38,935 nucleotides of DNA from a virus. Lineage: Duplodnaviria; Caudoviricetes. The notes under the pieces are model-generated. The model was not told the origin of the DNA and did no database searches. It saw only the letters and a list, made by a program, of their open reading frames with translations. The translations under genes were made by a program, and so were the position numbers. The stretch lies in the IMG/VR virus record IMGVR_UViG_3300027820_000555, positions 1 to 38,935 of that record; one strand, given 5' to 3'. Shown here piece by piece: positions 9,432 through 19,497 of the stretch; position 1 is the stretch's first letter; each line of letters opens with the position of its first letter.

Positions 9432-10057
9432 AGCCTTGCCTCGACATTGATTGTTTCAACGACACGCATATGTGCTGATGCTCCCAGTTTCATTTCCATA
9501 TGTATTGGTGCCCGCGCCAAGACAGCTCCAACTGATATGACTTCAGTGACTTGGCCGGTCATGGCTGTGCCAAGGTCCAGCTTGGCTTTGGCGGAGACAG
9601 TCAGAGAATAGTGCGCTGACAACGGCTTGTTTGCATCAATTGTTGCCGCGATATCTGCGATCCGCGTAGCGGATAAAACTACTTCTTCGTTAAGAGGTGA
9701 ATCCACCGATACCAAAGCATCAAAGGTGCGCGGAGCGCCACCTGTCTCAAACCATTCTTTAATCTCGACCTCGGCATTCAAAGCCGCCAGCGCCATCTCA
9801 ACCGCAGCGCGGGTGCCTTTTACCCGATGGGCCGGGATAGCTGCTCTAATAACTGCACGTTTTGTTTCAACCGGCCAATTTGTGTTCCATACGTCTACGC
9901 GCGCACTCCAGGCCAAAATTGGAAGAAACTCTTCGGGCGCGGTATTAGGATCGGTAAACTCTTTAAACGGTATCTCTAGTTCTGAAATTCTTGGAATGAG
10001 GTCTGCAAGGGCCCGCTCTAAAGGCTCTGAATTAGACGGTAAAAGGTTAGCGCTCAT
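9428..10057 (-). CDS. Baseplate/tail protein I (P2 gpI)
   Basis: LLPSNS..LERAL, LPILAW..RVD.W and HRVKGTRAAV motifs. Confidence 0.93.
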   Translation of the reverse strand: MSANLLPSNSEPLERALADLIPRISELEIPFKEFTDPNTAPEEFLPILAWSARVDVWNTNWPVETKRAVIRAAIPAHRVKGTRAAVEMALAALNAEVEIKEWFETGGAPRTFDALVSVDSPLNEEVVLSATRIADIAATIDANKPLSAHYSLTVSAKAKLDLGTAMTGQVTEVISVGAVLARAPIHMEMKLGASAHMRVVETINVEARL

Positions 10058-10059
10058 CT

Positions 10060-10923
10060 TTAAGCGCCGTTGACCGTTATTGTGAGATTACCCAAATAGG
10101 CAACTTCGTCATCAGTTGGCATCAAATCGCCGATGGGTTCAGTCAAACTTACATTTTCTACGCCAGGCTGATGCAACGCTCGATAGAGACCAGACAAGGT
10201 GACTTTCAAGCCGATATAATGACGCTCCTCAGCATAAGCCTGAACTGCGGCGATAGCTGCATCTTTCACCTGTGCTGAGTCTGGCCCACTGCCAACCTGC
10301 AAATCCGCGATCACGTTGTATGAGATTTCGCTCACCGACTGCACTGTGACATAGTCTGTGAGTGGGCGGACTTCCTTCGCATTTAACGCAGCCGAAACAA
10401 GATCAACATTTTCTTGGCTCACAGAGCCATTGCCCAATGCGGCCATAACGGTAACAACAACCTGACTGGGCTGAGGGCTATAAGCCAAAGCATCCTTCAA
10501 GAGCGCTGCACCATTGGACGACTGAAGGTTCAAGCTCAGTGCCCTATAGGCATCACGCGGGCCAGCGATAGAAAATGTGGCGGGCGCCAGCTGGATGCGC
10601 GCCCGAAACTTATCATCGCTTTCCCCACCATGGCGGACCAAGGGAACAAATGATGCCAGGTGATCGAGATCAGCGCCCTTCGAAGTTGGAAGCAAAAGAG
10701 CGAAAAACCTGTCATTCACATAGTTGACGAATGACTCAACGCTTAAAGCACCAACCCCGGCGAGTTTGTTAAGGATTTCAGCCGGTGATTCAATCGCCTC
10801 CCGGGCCTCCGGGATAACATCAATCATCCGGCCTTTAATAACCTCTTTCTCCGCATCAACATCGATCTTTTTTACAGCGTCCAGAACGGGAAGCTTGCTT
10901 AGGTCAATGGATGGTGTACTCAA
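10060..10923 (-). CDS. Baseplate wedge protein J (P2 gpJ)
   Basis: IDLSKLP, ESDDKFRARIQLA, SIAGPRDAY and VRPLTDYVTV motifs. Confidence 0.95.
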   Translation of the reverse strand: MSTPSIDLSKLPVLDAVKKIDVDAEKEVIKGRMIDVIPEAREAIESPAEILNKLAGVGALSVESFVNYVNDRFFALLLPTSKGADLDHLASFVPLVRHGGESDDKFRARIQLAPATFSIAGPRDAYRALSLNLQSSNGAALLKDALAYSPQPSQVVVTVMAALGNGSVSQENVDLVSAALNAKEVRPLTDYVTVQSVSEISYNVIADLQVGSGPDSAQVKDAAIAAVQAYAEERHYIGLKVTLSGLYRALHQPGVENVSLTEPIGDLMPTDDEVAYLGNLTITVNGA

Positions 10924-11267
10924 GGGGTGATTACCTCTATATGATTGAATGGTGCGCCAGTAACGCCAAATCTGGCAGTTAAATGAATTTCCAAACCACC
11001 TCCGTCAGCGGGTTGGACCAATACACGTCTAAGGTCAAAATCGAACTCTGACGGCACCCAGCGGATTAAGGCATCACGGACTTCAATCATGATGTCCGCA
11101 ATCAGAGCATCTGTCAGCTTGCGGCCTATGTAATCGTATAGACTGACCCCATAAGCCCGGTCGGTGGCTTGCTCTCTAAATGGCGTTGTCAAAATGTCGG
11201 AGATCACATGGCGCAAATAGGGATCACCGGACAATAAACGCCCGGTTACTCTATCCATACCTTGCAT
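10920..11267 (-). CDS. Baseplate protein W / gp25-like
   Basis: GMDRVTG...ISDILTTP...RAYG...ALIRW. Confidence 0.9.
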   Translation of the reverse strand: MQGMDRVTGRLLSGDPYLRHVISDILTTPFREQATDRAYGVSLYDYIGRKLTDALIADIMIEVRDALIRWVPSEFDFDLRRVLVQPADGGGLEIHLTARFGVTGAPFNHIEVITP

Positions 11268-11272
11268 CTATC

Positions 11273-11845
11273 TTACTGTGTTTGGGCCGTAAGAGGACCG
11301 CCGTGATGGTGGCTATTGTATATGGTGCGGTCTTGGCTCATTGAGGCCTTGGAGTCAGAGACCTCGGCGTGACCAGTAATGTCGCCTTGGACGTCTAATG
11401 TCCCCTGAATTACCACATTACCTTCAATCGTTATTCCACCATCAGCCACAACTCTTATGGTGGCACCTGAAGGCAAAAGTATTTCAAGTTTACCAGCGCT
11501 ATCGTAACGAAAAGCAGCCTGATCCTGCGTATGAATGGCTATGACCTCATCGCTGTTTTCAGGCGGACGGAAGTCATTCTGATAGAGGCCACACAGAATG
11601 TACCCAGAAGAGATGCCACCATCTGGGGATAGAACCATGACCTGTTCACCAATTTGAGGCGGCGACCATTCAATAGTCGGTCCAGCCATCCGTGCGAACC
11701 ATGGTAAGAAAGCGGTCTCATTTTTGTCAATTTTGACGCGCGCGAGAGCTTTCTGGGTATCCACAGCGCAGATTTTTCCAGGCATTAAAACGCGTGGAAG
11801 CTTTCTCTCAAGTTCAGCAACTCTAAATTTTAAAGAAGATGTCAT
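11273..11845 (-). CDS. Baseplate spike protein V (P2 gpV)
   Basis: WSPPQIGEQVMVLSPDG and C-terminal metal-binding YNSHHH. Confidence 0.93.
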   Translation of the reverse strand: MTSSLKFRVAELERKLPRVLMPGKICAVDTQKALARVKIDKNETAFLPWFARMAGPTIEWSPPQIGEQVMVLSPDGGISSGYILCGLYQNDFRPPENSDEVIAIHTQDQAAFRYDSAGKLEILLPSGATIRVVADGGITIEGNVVIQGTLDVQGDITGHAEVSDSKASMSQDRTIYNSHHHGGPLTAQTQ

Positions 11846-12345
11846 TCGGATGGCACCACATGTGTTTGGTCACCATAGTTGACGCAGATTTGCTCTAGGA
11901 CTGGGTTTAGTTCTTCAGGGGGCCTTTCACAAACTATCTCGCTTGTCTCAAAATCCATTTGATAAGATATTCGGTTCGCATTTACATCCAATACAGCTTC
12001 AGCAATCAACGTGCATTTATCTCGGGCACCCGTAGGTATCCAGCCCAAGATCACCCCCAGAATTTCGACACGAAGGTCTTCCAAATTTTCTAGCGCCTCT
12101 TTCCCTGACCTGTCTTGATTGGCAACAACAATGCAGACAGCGAATTCTCTTTTAACCCTTTGTTCAACCATCTGAGATTGATTAGGGTCCGCTTCAGCAG
12201 AAGTTAGGATTACAGATGCGAATGGCAGTTCTATATCGCCCTTGTAATCCCTAATCTGATCGAAACGCACAGCACCCCCGCATCTTTCTCCCAATGACGG
12301 CACATTCGTGTTGATGTGTTCAATTGTTTGCGCAAGAAGCTTCAT
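11842..12345 (-). CDS. Tail terminator / completion protein
   Basis: Position after the neck genes; ILGVILGWIP pattern. Confidence 0.65.
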   Translation of the reverse strand: MKLLAQTIEHINTNVPSLGERCGGAVRFDQIRDYKGDIELPFASVILTSAEADPNQSQMVEQRVKREFAVCIVVANQDRSGKEALENLEDLRVEILGVILGWIPTGARDKCTLIAEAVLDVNANRISYQMDFETSEIVCERPPEELNPVLEQICVNYGDQTHVVPSE

Positions 12346-12758
12346 TTGTTTAATCTCTGCAGCGAACGATTGAGGACATTGTTGGCAATCTCCTTCTCTC
12401 GTCCTATCACTTGATGCTCAAAAATCACGCGGTTCAATTTCTGTGTAACTAAATGAGTGTGGGGGCTTGTTGATCGCAGCAACACACGATCTCCACGACG
12501 TTGAATCTTCAAACCTTCGCTCAAGTTACCCGTATTCACACCCACGGTTTCACCTTCAGCTGAGGCCCTTCGACGTCGGCCATTCACACTATAGACACTG
12601 CCGGACTTAGCAGACCTCATGTCGCGTCTGGTGCGCTTACGAATATCGCGCACTTCGGGGTCAAGCTCTTTGACCACCGCACTGTGGATCTCAGTACCCG
12701 TCCTTGCGGTTAAGCGGACCTGGTCATCGCCGTCCAGGTCAACAAAGAGGTCAAACAC
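12342..12758 (-). CDS. Neck / virion morphogenesis protein (HK97 gp10-like)
   Basis: Basic; SG.VY...ASAEGE...TGNL motif; position after the head closure gene. Confidence 0.65.
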   Translation of the reverse strand: MFDLFVDLDGDDQVRLTARTGTEIHSAVVKELDPEVRDIRKRTRRDMRSAKSGSVYSVNGRRRRASAEGETVGVNTGNLSEGLKIQRRGDRVLLRSTSPHTHLVTQKLNRVIFEHQVIGREKEIANNVLNRSLQRLNK

Positions 12759-13089
12759 TGTCTTTCAACCGCTTTGTGATAAATTTCATAAATTCAAGGT
12801 GATCCCCATGCTCCATGGTCTCAATGACCTCATGGCGCTTGCCTTGGAATTCAACCGCTTTGACGGTTGTTAAATCAATATCCTTGCGAGACCGCATATA
12901 GAAAATATGGGTTGGTCCTTCGGTGACAGGGTCTCCGCCCTGCCACGCAATCTTTAGCGGCTCCACATGCGCCCAGGACTGGCCAACCTCTGTGTAATCG
13001 GACAGGAATCCAGTGATGTTTCCTTTCACAGAAGCCGTTAAGAGCTTCACGCGGTGGCGGAACCGGCCTAATGAAATAGTCTTCACCAT
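12751..13089 (-). CDS. Head closure / head-tail joining protein
   Basis: GRFRHRVKL...WAHVEPL...THIFYMR. Confidence 0.8.
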   Translation of the reverse strand: MVKTISLGRFRHRVKLLTASVKGNITGFLSDYTEVGQSWAHVEPLKIAWQGGDPVTEGPTHIFYMRSRKDIDLTTVKAVEFQGKRHEVIETMEHGDHLEFMKFITKRLKDSV

Positions 13090-13688
13090 CAGTTGAAACG
13101 ATGCACTTTATATGGAGCGATTAGGCTTTCAAAATGCAACGGAAGTTCGCTCGTGATATTCCCAACGTTGATCGCTGAACGGTTTTCATAGACATGCGCA
13201 ATATGTGTTAGAATTGCAATGCGCAACGGTCTTGGGACATCATTTGGTGAAGCACCATAGCCAGACTTAAAAGTCACTCTAACCGAATTTGAAACTGTTA
13301 GACTAAGGTCTTCCGGCCAGTTCTGGCCGACCTTCAATTGGATCAAAGTGTCTGTGTAACCAGCTTTTACAAGCTCATAAACACTTGGATCGACTATCGA
13401 CGTAGCCCCATATCTATCGGTGTATTTGACAGATGTAATCTCTTGCACAGGCGGAAGCGGCAACTCGATTTTAGTAGGAAAGCATGGGAGGCTCATCTCC
13501 CATGTTTGTTCGATAAGACAGCGCCCTAGCTTTCCATATGGACCATCTAGGGTATCAGTGATCGCGTGTATCATCGATTCAACCAGCGCATTTTCCGCCG
13601 GATCAGACTCATCAACTTTCAAAAAGTTCTTCGTTTCATCCAAGGTGACAGGGTACTGACCCGGCGGTGTTACGAGTTGGAGATACAT
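13089..13688 (-). CDS. Head-tail connector (phiE125 gp8 / HK97 gp6-like)
   Basis: PVTLDETKNFLKVD, GRCLIEQTW and IAHVYENR motifs. Confidence 0.9.
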   Translation of the reverse strand: MYLQLVTPPGQYPVTLDETKNFLKVDESDPAENALVESMIHAITDTLDGPYGKLGRCLIEQTWEMSLPCFPTKIELPLPPVQEITSVKYTDRYGATSIVDPSVYELVKAGYTDTLIQLKVGQNWPEDLSLTVSNSVRVTFKSGYGASPNDVPRPLRIAILTHIAHVYENRSAINVGNITSELPLHFESLIAPYKVHRFN

Positions 13689-13694
13689 TTAGCG

Positions 13695-13856
13695 CTATTT
13701 GGCTTTTTTCTTGGCAACCATTTCGATAGCCACACCCTTGCGGATGAAATGCAATTCAGAGGCCGCAGGCAGATCCTTAACGACTTGGCCCTGTTTGTAT
13801 TGGGTGCCAGCTGCATCTTTTACGGTATAGGGCAGAAGAAACTTAATCGCCATCAT
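13695..13856 (-). CDS. Small 53-aa head-module protein (below the ORF-track cutoff)
   Basis: Translated by hand: MMAIKFLLPYTVKDAAGTQYKQGQVVKDLPAASELHFIRKGVAIEMVAKKKAK; ATGA overlap with the upstream stop; fills the gap. Confidence 0.75.
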   Translation of the reverse strand: MMAIKFLLPYTVKDAAGTQYKQGQVVKDLPAASELHFIRKGVAIEMVAKKKAK

Positions 13857-14302
13857 GCTACCTCTTGACCCACGAGGGAAATTGGTTGAAGCGGTTGATA
13901 TCTTCCGTCATGACCAAACACTAGGACGCCGGCGTCGGCAGCATCGGTTCCAACTGTCACAGATACCCGCAAATGAGTGTACTTCTCATTGGCGTCCAGC
14001 TGTTCGCTAGTGCAATTGATGATGTGAGCTGAATTATCGTCGGCGTTGGCTTGCAGCAATTGTGCTAAAGACTTTCCTGAAATGTCTTTAGCATCCGTTC
14101 CCGCACCATCTTTGGCTTGCTCCAGTTTGACATCAACGGTTGAACCAGCTGCCATTGCGCCAATAGCAATCACTGCCTGGATCCAAAAGACTTTGCTCAT
14201 GTCAATCCAAGCCGTTGTCTCCGTGCCAACGACCTTATTGCCTGGCAGCATAGCACCAATTAGGGTTGCCCTTTGGCTGGGCAACCGGTCTAAATGTCCC
14301 AT
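13853..14302 (-). CDS. Capsid decoration/cement-like protein
   Basis: Beta-rich 149 aa directly after the capsid gene; AAGG RBS. Confidence 0.6.
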   Translation of the reverse strand: MGHLDRLPSQRATLIGAMLPGNKVVGTETTAWIDMSKVFWIQAVIAIGAMAAGSTVDVKLEQAKDGAGTDAKDISGKSLAQLLQANADDNSAHIINCTSEQLDANEKYTHLRVSVTVGTDAADAGVLVFGHDGRYQPLQPISLVGQEVA

Positions 14303-14345
14303 TACACTAATCCTTTAAATAGGGGTGAATAAGGTGAGGTGGGCT

Positions 14346-15620
14346 TTAAGCCCGTTCTTCAAGCGTGATGAAATGTGATCGCGCGTTCGATCCTTCCTTG
14401 GACCGTTCAACAGGCTTTGAAAGGAATGGCTGCCCGCCAAAGCGGAAGGTGAAGCGGAATGCCCTTAATCCGCGGTCAAAGTACATGTGGATGGACTCAT
14501 CAAATTTGATGCCAGACTGCTTGCGCAAGCCGTAATAGCCCTTTGGATCAATAAATTGGATATCACCTTTATCACCGATAACCGATGCATGTTCAGTCAA
14601 TATGATAGGTCGCCCTAAGAGAAAACCACCGGGAGCGTTCTGCATCCCTTGATCCGGTGCTGTCCAAATTGGTTGGTCGCCAATTTTAAGATTGTGAATT
14701 TGTGGCATAATATCAGCATTAATACGCCAGCTTGACCGACCAATAGAAGCTGGCATCATTCGGTAATACATATTCAAGATATTATCAGCGACTACTGTGT
14801 CGGGAGCTTGTCCAGCTTCTTTTTGAACGGTGACGAGGGCTCCTGAATTGAGATACCCAAGAGGCTGCCCGACACCACTACCATATACAATTGAATCCGA
14901 AGCCTTAAAGTTTATAGCCTTGCCCGCGCCAACGGTAATCCGGTTGCGGAGCCGGGGAGCATCTTCGAGAAGCTCTTCAGTCATCGTAGCGAATGCATAC
15001 AACTCATGCAGCTTGGTGGTGCGGCCCTCGCTTTCAATTTTAGAGCCCTTCATTTGCTCCGCTTCGGCGCGCCAATAAGCTTGTATTCCAGTGGTGCCAT
15101 AACTTGTCGATGGGTCCACATCCATTTCAACAGAGTTAGAACTGGTCGGCTCTATTTCGATTTCATTAAGAAGGTTTTCTTCGGCTTCAACAACTTCCCA
15201 TATCTTATCTCTTATCGCTGTAGGGACAAGAAAACCAGCATCACCTGCATCGTTGCTATGATAGCTGGATGGTGCCGTCAGGCGTTCATCAGTCGACACG
15301 CCAAGGGATGCAGCATGTACTGCGGTTGCAAACTCGGCTTCATCTTTGAAGCCGTTCATGCCATCGCCTTCGGCGGGTTGGGCAGGAACTGTGGCACGCC
15401 GGACAAATTGCGTATTGTCCTCGAACGAGACATGACGGTCGTTCAGTTCCTCAAGTTTCTTGATTTGAGATGCGAGCCGATTGCTACGCTCTTCCAGCTT
15501 AGCAAACTCATCATTCTCTTCATCTGTCATGTCCCGATTTTCATCGATAGCGCCCTGCAATAAAGCTTCCTGTTGCTTGAGCGCCTCTGCGGCTTGTTCA
15601 CGTAATGCAGCCAAACTCAC
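14346..15620 (-). CDS. Major capsid protein, HK97 fold
   Basis: N-terminal coiled-coil delta domain, AGFLVP, ELLEDA, LLGRPII and FRFTFRFGG; GTG start after AAGGAG. Confidence 0.95.
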   Translation of the reverse strand: MSLAALREQAAEALKQQEALLQGAIDENRDMTDEENDEFAKLEERSNRLASQIKKLEELNDRHVSFEDNTQFVRRATVPAQPAEGDGMNGFKDEAEFATAVHAASLGVSTDERLTAPSSYHSNDAGDAGFLVPTAIRDKIWEVVEAEENLLNEIEIEPTSSNSVEMDVDPSTSYGTTGIQAYWRAEAEQMKGSKIESEGRTTKLHELYAFATMTEELLEDAPRLRNRITVGAGKAINFKASDSIVYGSGVGQPLGYLNSGALVTVQKEAGQAPDTVVADNILNMYYRMMPASIGRSSWRINADIMPQIHNLKIGDQPIWTAPDQGMQNAPGGFLLGRPIILTEHASVIGDKGDIQFIDPKGYYGLRKQSGIKFDESIHMYFDRGLRAFRFTFRFGGQPFLSKPVERSKEGSNARSHFITLEERA

Positions 15621-15642
15621 TTGATTGTCTCCTTATCAGCAT

Positions 15643-15666
15643 AAAAAAAACCGCCCAGTGGCGGCT
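15643..15666 (-). terminator. Intrinsic terminator-like hairpin upstream of the capsid gene
   Basis: Minus strand CCGCC-ACTG-GGCGG followed by T8. Confidence 0.65.
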
Positions 15667-15690
15667 GTTGACTTTCGAATTATTTTCGCT

Positions 15691-16497
15691 TTAGACAGCG
15701 AGTGCTTTTCCCTGCACCTGCGCTTTGCGGCGCATCAGGTTGAGCCTGGAACGGGCAGAGCTGAACTTCTCTACAACTGCTTTTAGTGATTGAATTCCAT
15801 CAACCATATTACTATTTAAAGCTTCTTCCGCGTTAACCATAGCGCCAAGACCAAAACCCTCTTGGACCGCCTGCCTTGTTACGCCACGACCCCTAGAAAC
15901 TGCCTGAACAAATTTGTCATACGTCTTGTCAACAGACCGCTGTTCATCATCAAGCGCGTCCCCTTCAAGAGGCTCATATGGGTTGCCATATACTTTCTTT
16001 TCACCGGCTGAAACCAAAGTCATTTTAATGCCGAGATTCTCCATATATTGAGAAAAGTCCTCATGCATACGATAAACCCCAATAGAACCAACCTCACCTG
16101 AGGGAGTTACATAGAATTCGCTTGCCTGAGAGCCAATCCAATAGGCAGCCGATGCTGCGTAGGGGTTGGCTACTGCAATGACCGGCTTTTTTGAACGGGC
16201 TGCATAGACGGCATCACCAGCTTCCTGAGTTCCAAACACCAGCCCACCAGGGCTGGCTATATCAATGATGATAGCTGAAATTTTAGGGTTATCAGCCAAA
16301 GACGAAACCTGATCGGCAAACCTCGCCGTTGACGTCCCAAAGACACCCCTAGGTGTCAACACACCATTTAAAGGGACAATGGCCGTTGACCCTGTTTTAA
16401 TTGGGTCGAGGGCTGCCACGGCCTCTTGTTTTCCAGAAATCGCGCGCGCCAAATACGCTTCATGCAAAGCCAATGGCCCAAATAACAAATCATTCAC
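15691..16497 (-). CDS. Prohead protease, S49 (SppA-like) family
   Basis: DIASPGG, AASAAYWIGS and VGSIGV motifs; start uncertain (GTG at 16497 or further upstream). Confidence 0.93.
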   Translation of the reverse strand: MNDLLFGPLALHEAYLARAISGKQEAVAALDPIKTGSTAIVPLNGVLTPRGVFGTSTARFADQVSSLADNPKISAIIIDIASPGGLVFGTQEAGDAVYAARSKKPVIAVANPYAASAAYWIGSQASEFYVTPSGEVGSIGVYRMHEDFSQYMENLGIKMTLVSAGEKKVYGNPYEPLEGDALDDEQRSVDKTYDKFVQAVSRGRGVTRQAVQEGFGLGAMVNAEEALNSNMVDGIQSLKAVVEKFSSARSRLNLMRRKAQVQGKALAV

Positions 16498-17689
16498 TGT
16501 TTTGATCCTGCGGTGCGGTCTGACCACCTGTAAATGTATCAGCCGCCCGATTGCTGTTTAAAGGCTCTCTTGGGTCATCTGCCCAGTCCTCATCTATCTT
16601 AGGCAGCCCAAACCAATGTGTGGCTATATCGTTTCTTGACATTACAGACGCGGTCCGAGCCAATACGGCATTGCGCCATTGCGTAGTGGAATCCCCTCGC
16701 AGCAACCCATCAAGATTGAACTTAGCCTTAAATTGACCCCTCATGTCAGGAGTCATTAGTCTTGTATAAATTGCTTGCTCGATCCGTTTCACCAGCGGTC
16801 GTATTGTATATTTTACGTATTGGAGCGCCTCTTGTTCTTGGTTGGATTTCCCTGCGCTGTCACTAATCATGGAAATTGGAATACGCCAATAACGTGCAAG
16901 TTCAATCACCTGCTTCCGACACAGCTCAATATATTGGCTGTCGGTATTTGATTGAGAAGGTGAAACCCATTTCAGTCGTTCTAAAATTGGTGTCTTGCCT
17001 GCATTTAGGGCACTACCAAAACTACTACTGAAAGCCTTAGAGATACGTTCCCTAGCGGCATCGCTTAAGTCTACATCACTGGTTAAAAAACCCGATGGGC
17101 GGGCTGCATTTTTAAAGAAATTCTTACCTTGCTCTTCAAGCGCAATAGCAAATTCCGCTGAGCTTTTGGCTTGCTCCCACGGCACAATTGGGGCCAAGGT
17201 GGTCCCGCCTAAACCAGCGAACCAAAATACGTCTGCTGGACCTAGGAGCCTCGAAGTCCCGCCATCACATTGATATTCGATTCCGAATTTTCTCTCTTCA
17301 TGCTTTTCTTGCACTTGCAATGGATTCAAATGCCACAGCTCTAGTTCACCGTTAGAGAAAACAGGTTCAGCATATACTATGCCCCGCAGCAACGCTGTAA
17401 ATGCCATTTGAGACCAAAATTCGACACCTGTTTGCAATGGATTGGGGCGATAAGCCAGAACCTCACTCCATGGGTGGTTTTCATCCCCGGTCGTCGATTT
17501 GATCTCGAAAGGCAAACTACCTACGGTTTCGGCAATGATTGAAACGCAATAGAATACAGCTGAGACCTTTGCAGCGGTCTCCGCATTTCCGCATTTAATC
17601 CTATTTTGCGGCGCAACCTCATCCCAGCCTTGCGAGCCTCCAAATCCGGCGGCCTTGCTCTTGTTGAAGATGAAATCAAAAATCTTCAT
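16490..17689 (-). CDS. Portal protein, HK97 family
   Basis: SAVFYCVSIIAETVGSLP, PNPLQT, FFKNAARPSG and FNLDGLLRGD motifs. Confidence 0.95.
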   Translation of the reverse strand: MKIFDFIFNKSKAAGFGGSQGWDEVAPQNRIKCGNAETAAKVSAVFYCVSIIAETVGSLPFEIKSTTGDENHPWSEVLAYRPNPLQTGVEFWSQMAFTALLRGIVYAEPVFSNGELELWHLNPLQVQEKHEERKFGIEYQCDGGTSRLLGPADVFWFAGLGGTTLAPIVPWEQAKSSAEFAIALEEQGKNFFKNAARPSGFLTSDVDLSDAARERISKAFSSSFGSALNAGKTPILERLKWVSPSQSNTDSQYIELCRKQVIELARYWRIPISMISDSAGKSNQEQEALQYVKYTIRPLVKRIEQAIYTRLMTPDMRGQFKAKFNLDGLLRGDSTTQWRNAVLARTASVMSRNDIATHWFGLPKIDEDWADDPREPLNSNRAADTFTGGQTAPQDQNSE

Positions 17690-19497
17690 ATAAAGAGCAC
17701 ATCCTCTGTTTCATAAGTTGAGTTTTCAGCTTTACTCACTGTTTGGGTTGCCAGCCCAACAGCCATGGTCAATGCAATCACAGGATCAATTTTGTTGACG
17801 GCCTTCCGCTTCGAAAGCCAATAATTATTCCAGCGATCTTCCTCTGTAATCGCTGACATAATCGCCATCATCACAGCCGGGTTGCGTCTAATTCGCAGGC
17901 GTTTTTCAAGTATCAACCGCTCAATTTCTTTGACCGATCCAGGCATCCAAAGACCTTCTTCAAGGCCGTTCTCCACCTTTCCCTTTTTGATTCCACCTTG
18001 AGGGTGTTCAAAATGAGTTAGCTCGACGCCAATGTCTTCAAGCTCTTCTTGTAACTTGCGATAGGCGTACCGGTCATAAGCTATGCCAGTGACTTCAAAT
18101 TGCGTTGACATGCCAGCGATATAAGCAGCCACATCATCTAATCTGATTGAGGCACCAGACGGCGCATTCAAAAAGCCTTCTCTCGCCCATACATCGTAGG
18201 GCACCTTATCCTTCAGGGTGCGCTCCGATATCGTATCGCCAGGCGTCCAGATTTCGCACCAGGCTGAATAAGTTGGTTTGCCGTTGAACTCACCATCCTC
18301 AACCAACATTCCAAGCGCCGTAAGGTCTCGTGTGCCGGAAAGGTCAGCACCGACATATATCGGCTTGCCTTTGAATTCTTCCGGTTCGAAATCAGCAAAT
18401 AACGGCTCTACAGTGCTGCGCGGCATCCACGCTCGCGCTGCGTCTGTCCACACACAAAAGTGCAAGCGTAATATCGTGTTCAGCTTGCCGGGGATCGCTT
18501 TGGCTTGAGCAACAACACCAGCAAGATATTCTTCAGTAATTGTCACCCCCAATAAGGGGTTCGCTTTTGCCCAACAACTTGGGTCATTCAGCGGGTCGTC
18601 GTCTTCATCTAAAGCACACACATAGCTGAAGGTTTCATCATCTAAGACTTCACCAACATATGCTGGGTCAAGCACCGCGTCGTTTGAACCTGCGGCAACC
18701 TTGATTGCCCACTCGTGTTCTTCCCAGCAAACGCTTGTTCGATCTGACCCGCTGTTAGTGATTAACACGATCAAGGGGTTTCGCCGGAATTTGAAACCAC
18801 GTTCCAACAACTCGATGATCATACGATCATTCAATTCGTGAATTTCGTCGCCCAGCGCAAAATGCGGACGGGGGCCAGATCCTGTCTTGCCTGTATCTCT
18901 TGACACGGGCCGGAAAAATGAGCCCGACTTAAGGTGTGCGATATTGTATTCACGACCAACACCGCCACTAAATCTTAGACGCTGGGACAACGCTGGCGAT
19001 TTCCTCACCATCTTCACGGCATCACGAAAGAGAATGCTTGCGGTCTCTTTCTTCGCCGCGAAAGGGTATATCTCGGCTCCTGGCTCGCCATCCGAGGCTA
19101 AACCATAAAGGCCAATCCCACCGACCAGTGGTGACTTCCCGTTGCCTTTACCCTCTTCAATATATGCACGTCGAAAGCGTCTTGTTCCGTCGGCTTTTTT
19201 CCAACCAAAAATTGATCCCAGCTTAAAGGCCTGGCTGGGGTGCAAAAGGAATGGCTGTCCTTCGAACTGTCCTTCACTCAGCTTCAGAACATTTTCGAAG
19301 TAGGCATAAACTCTTTCTGCAGCGCCATGGTCAAACCACAACCCCCGTTCATGACCCTTTTCAAGGTCGTCTAAATGACGCTGGCAGGCATTTCTAACGT
19401 GAGGCCCAGCGACAAACTTGCCCCCCAATACATCAAGTGCATATTGTGTAGCCCTATCAGTGGAAGAAGCTTTCGTTTGGGTCTTCTTCGTCTTCAT
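17686..19497 (-). CDS. Terminase large subunit (cos-type)
   Basis: Walker A GKGNGKS, Walker B ALGDEIHE, nuclease GADLS and KIDPVIA. Confidence 0.97.
   Translation of the reverse strand: MKTKKTQTKASSTDRATQYALDVLGGKFVAGPHVRNACQRHLDDLEKGHERGLWFDHGAAERVYAYFENVLKLSEGQFEGQPFLLHPSQAFKLGSIFGWKKADGTRRFRRAYIEEGKGNGKSPLVGGIGLYGLASDGEPGAEIYPFAAKKETASILFRDAVKMVRKSPALSQRLRFSGGVGREYNIAHLKSGSFFRPVSRDTGKTGSGPRPHFALGDEIHELNDRMIIELLERGFKFRRNPLIVLITNSGSDRTSVCWEEHEWAIKVAAGSNDAVLDPAYVGEVLDDETFSYVCALDEDDDPLNDPSCWAKANPLLGVTITEEYLAGVVAQAKAIPGKLNTILRLHFCVWTDAARAWMPRSTVEPLFADFEPEEFKGKPIYVGADLSGTRDLTALGMLVEDGEFNGKPTYSAWCEIWTPGDTISERTLKDKVPYDVWAREGFLNAPSGASIRLDDVAAYIAGMSTQFEVTGIAYDRYAYRKLQEELEDIGVELTHFEHPQGGIKKGKVENGLEEGLWMPGSVKEIERLILEKRLRIRRNPAVMMAIMSAITEEDRWNNYWLSKRKAVNKIDPVIALTMAVGLATQTVSKAENSTYETEDVLFI

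Noticed and set aside
1366-12345. Tailocin or contractile injection system
   Set aside because: Full head, packaging, replication and integrase modules are attached, so this is a phage tail
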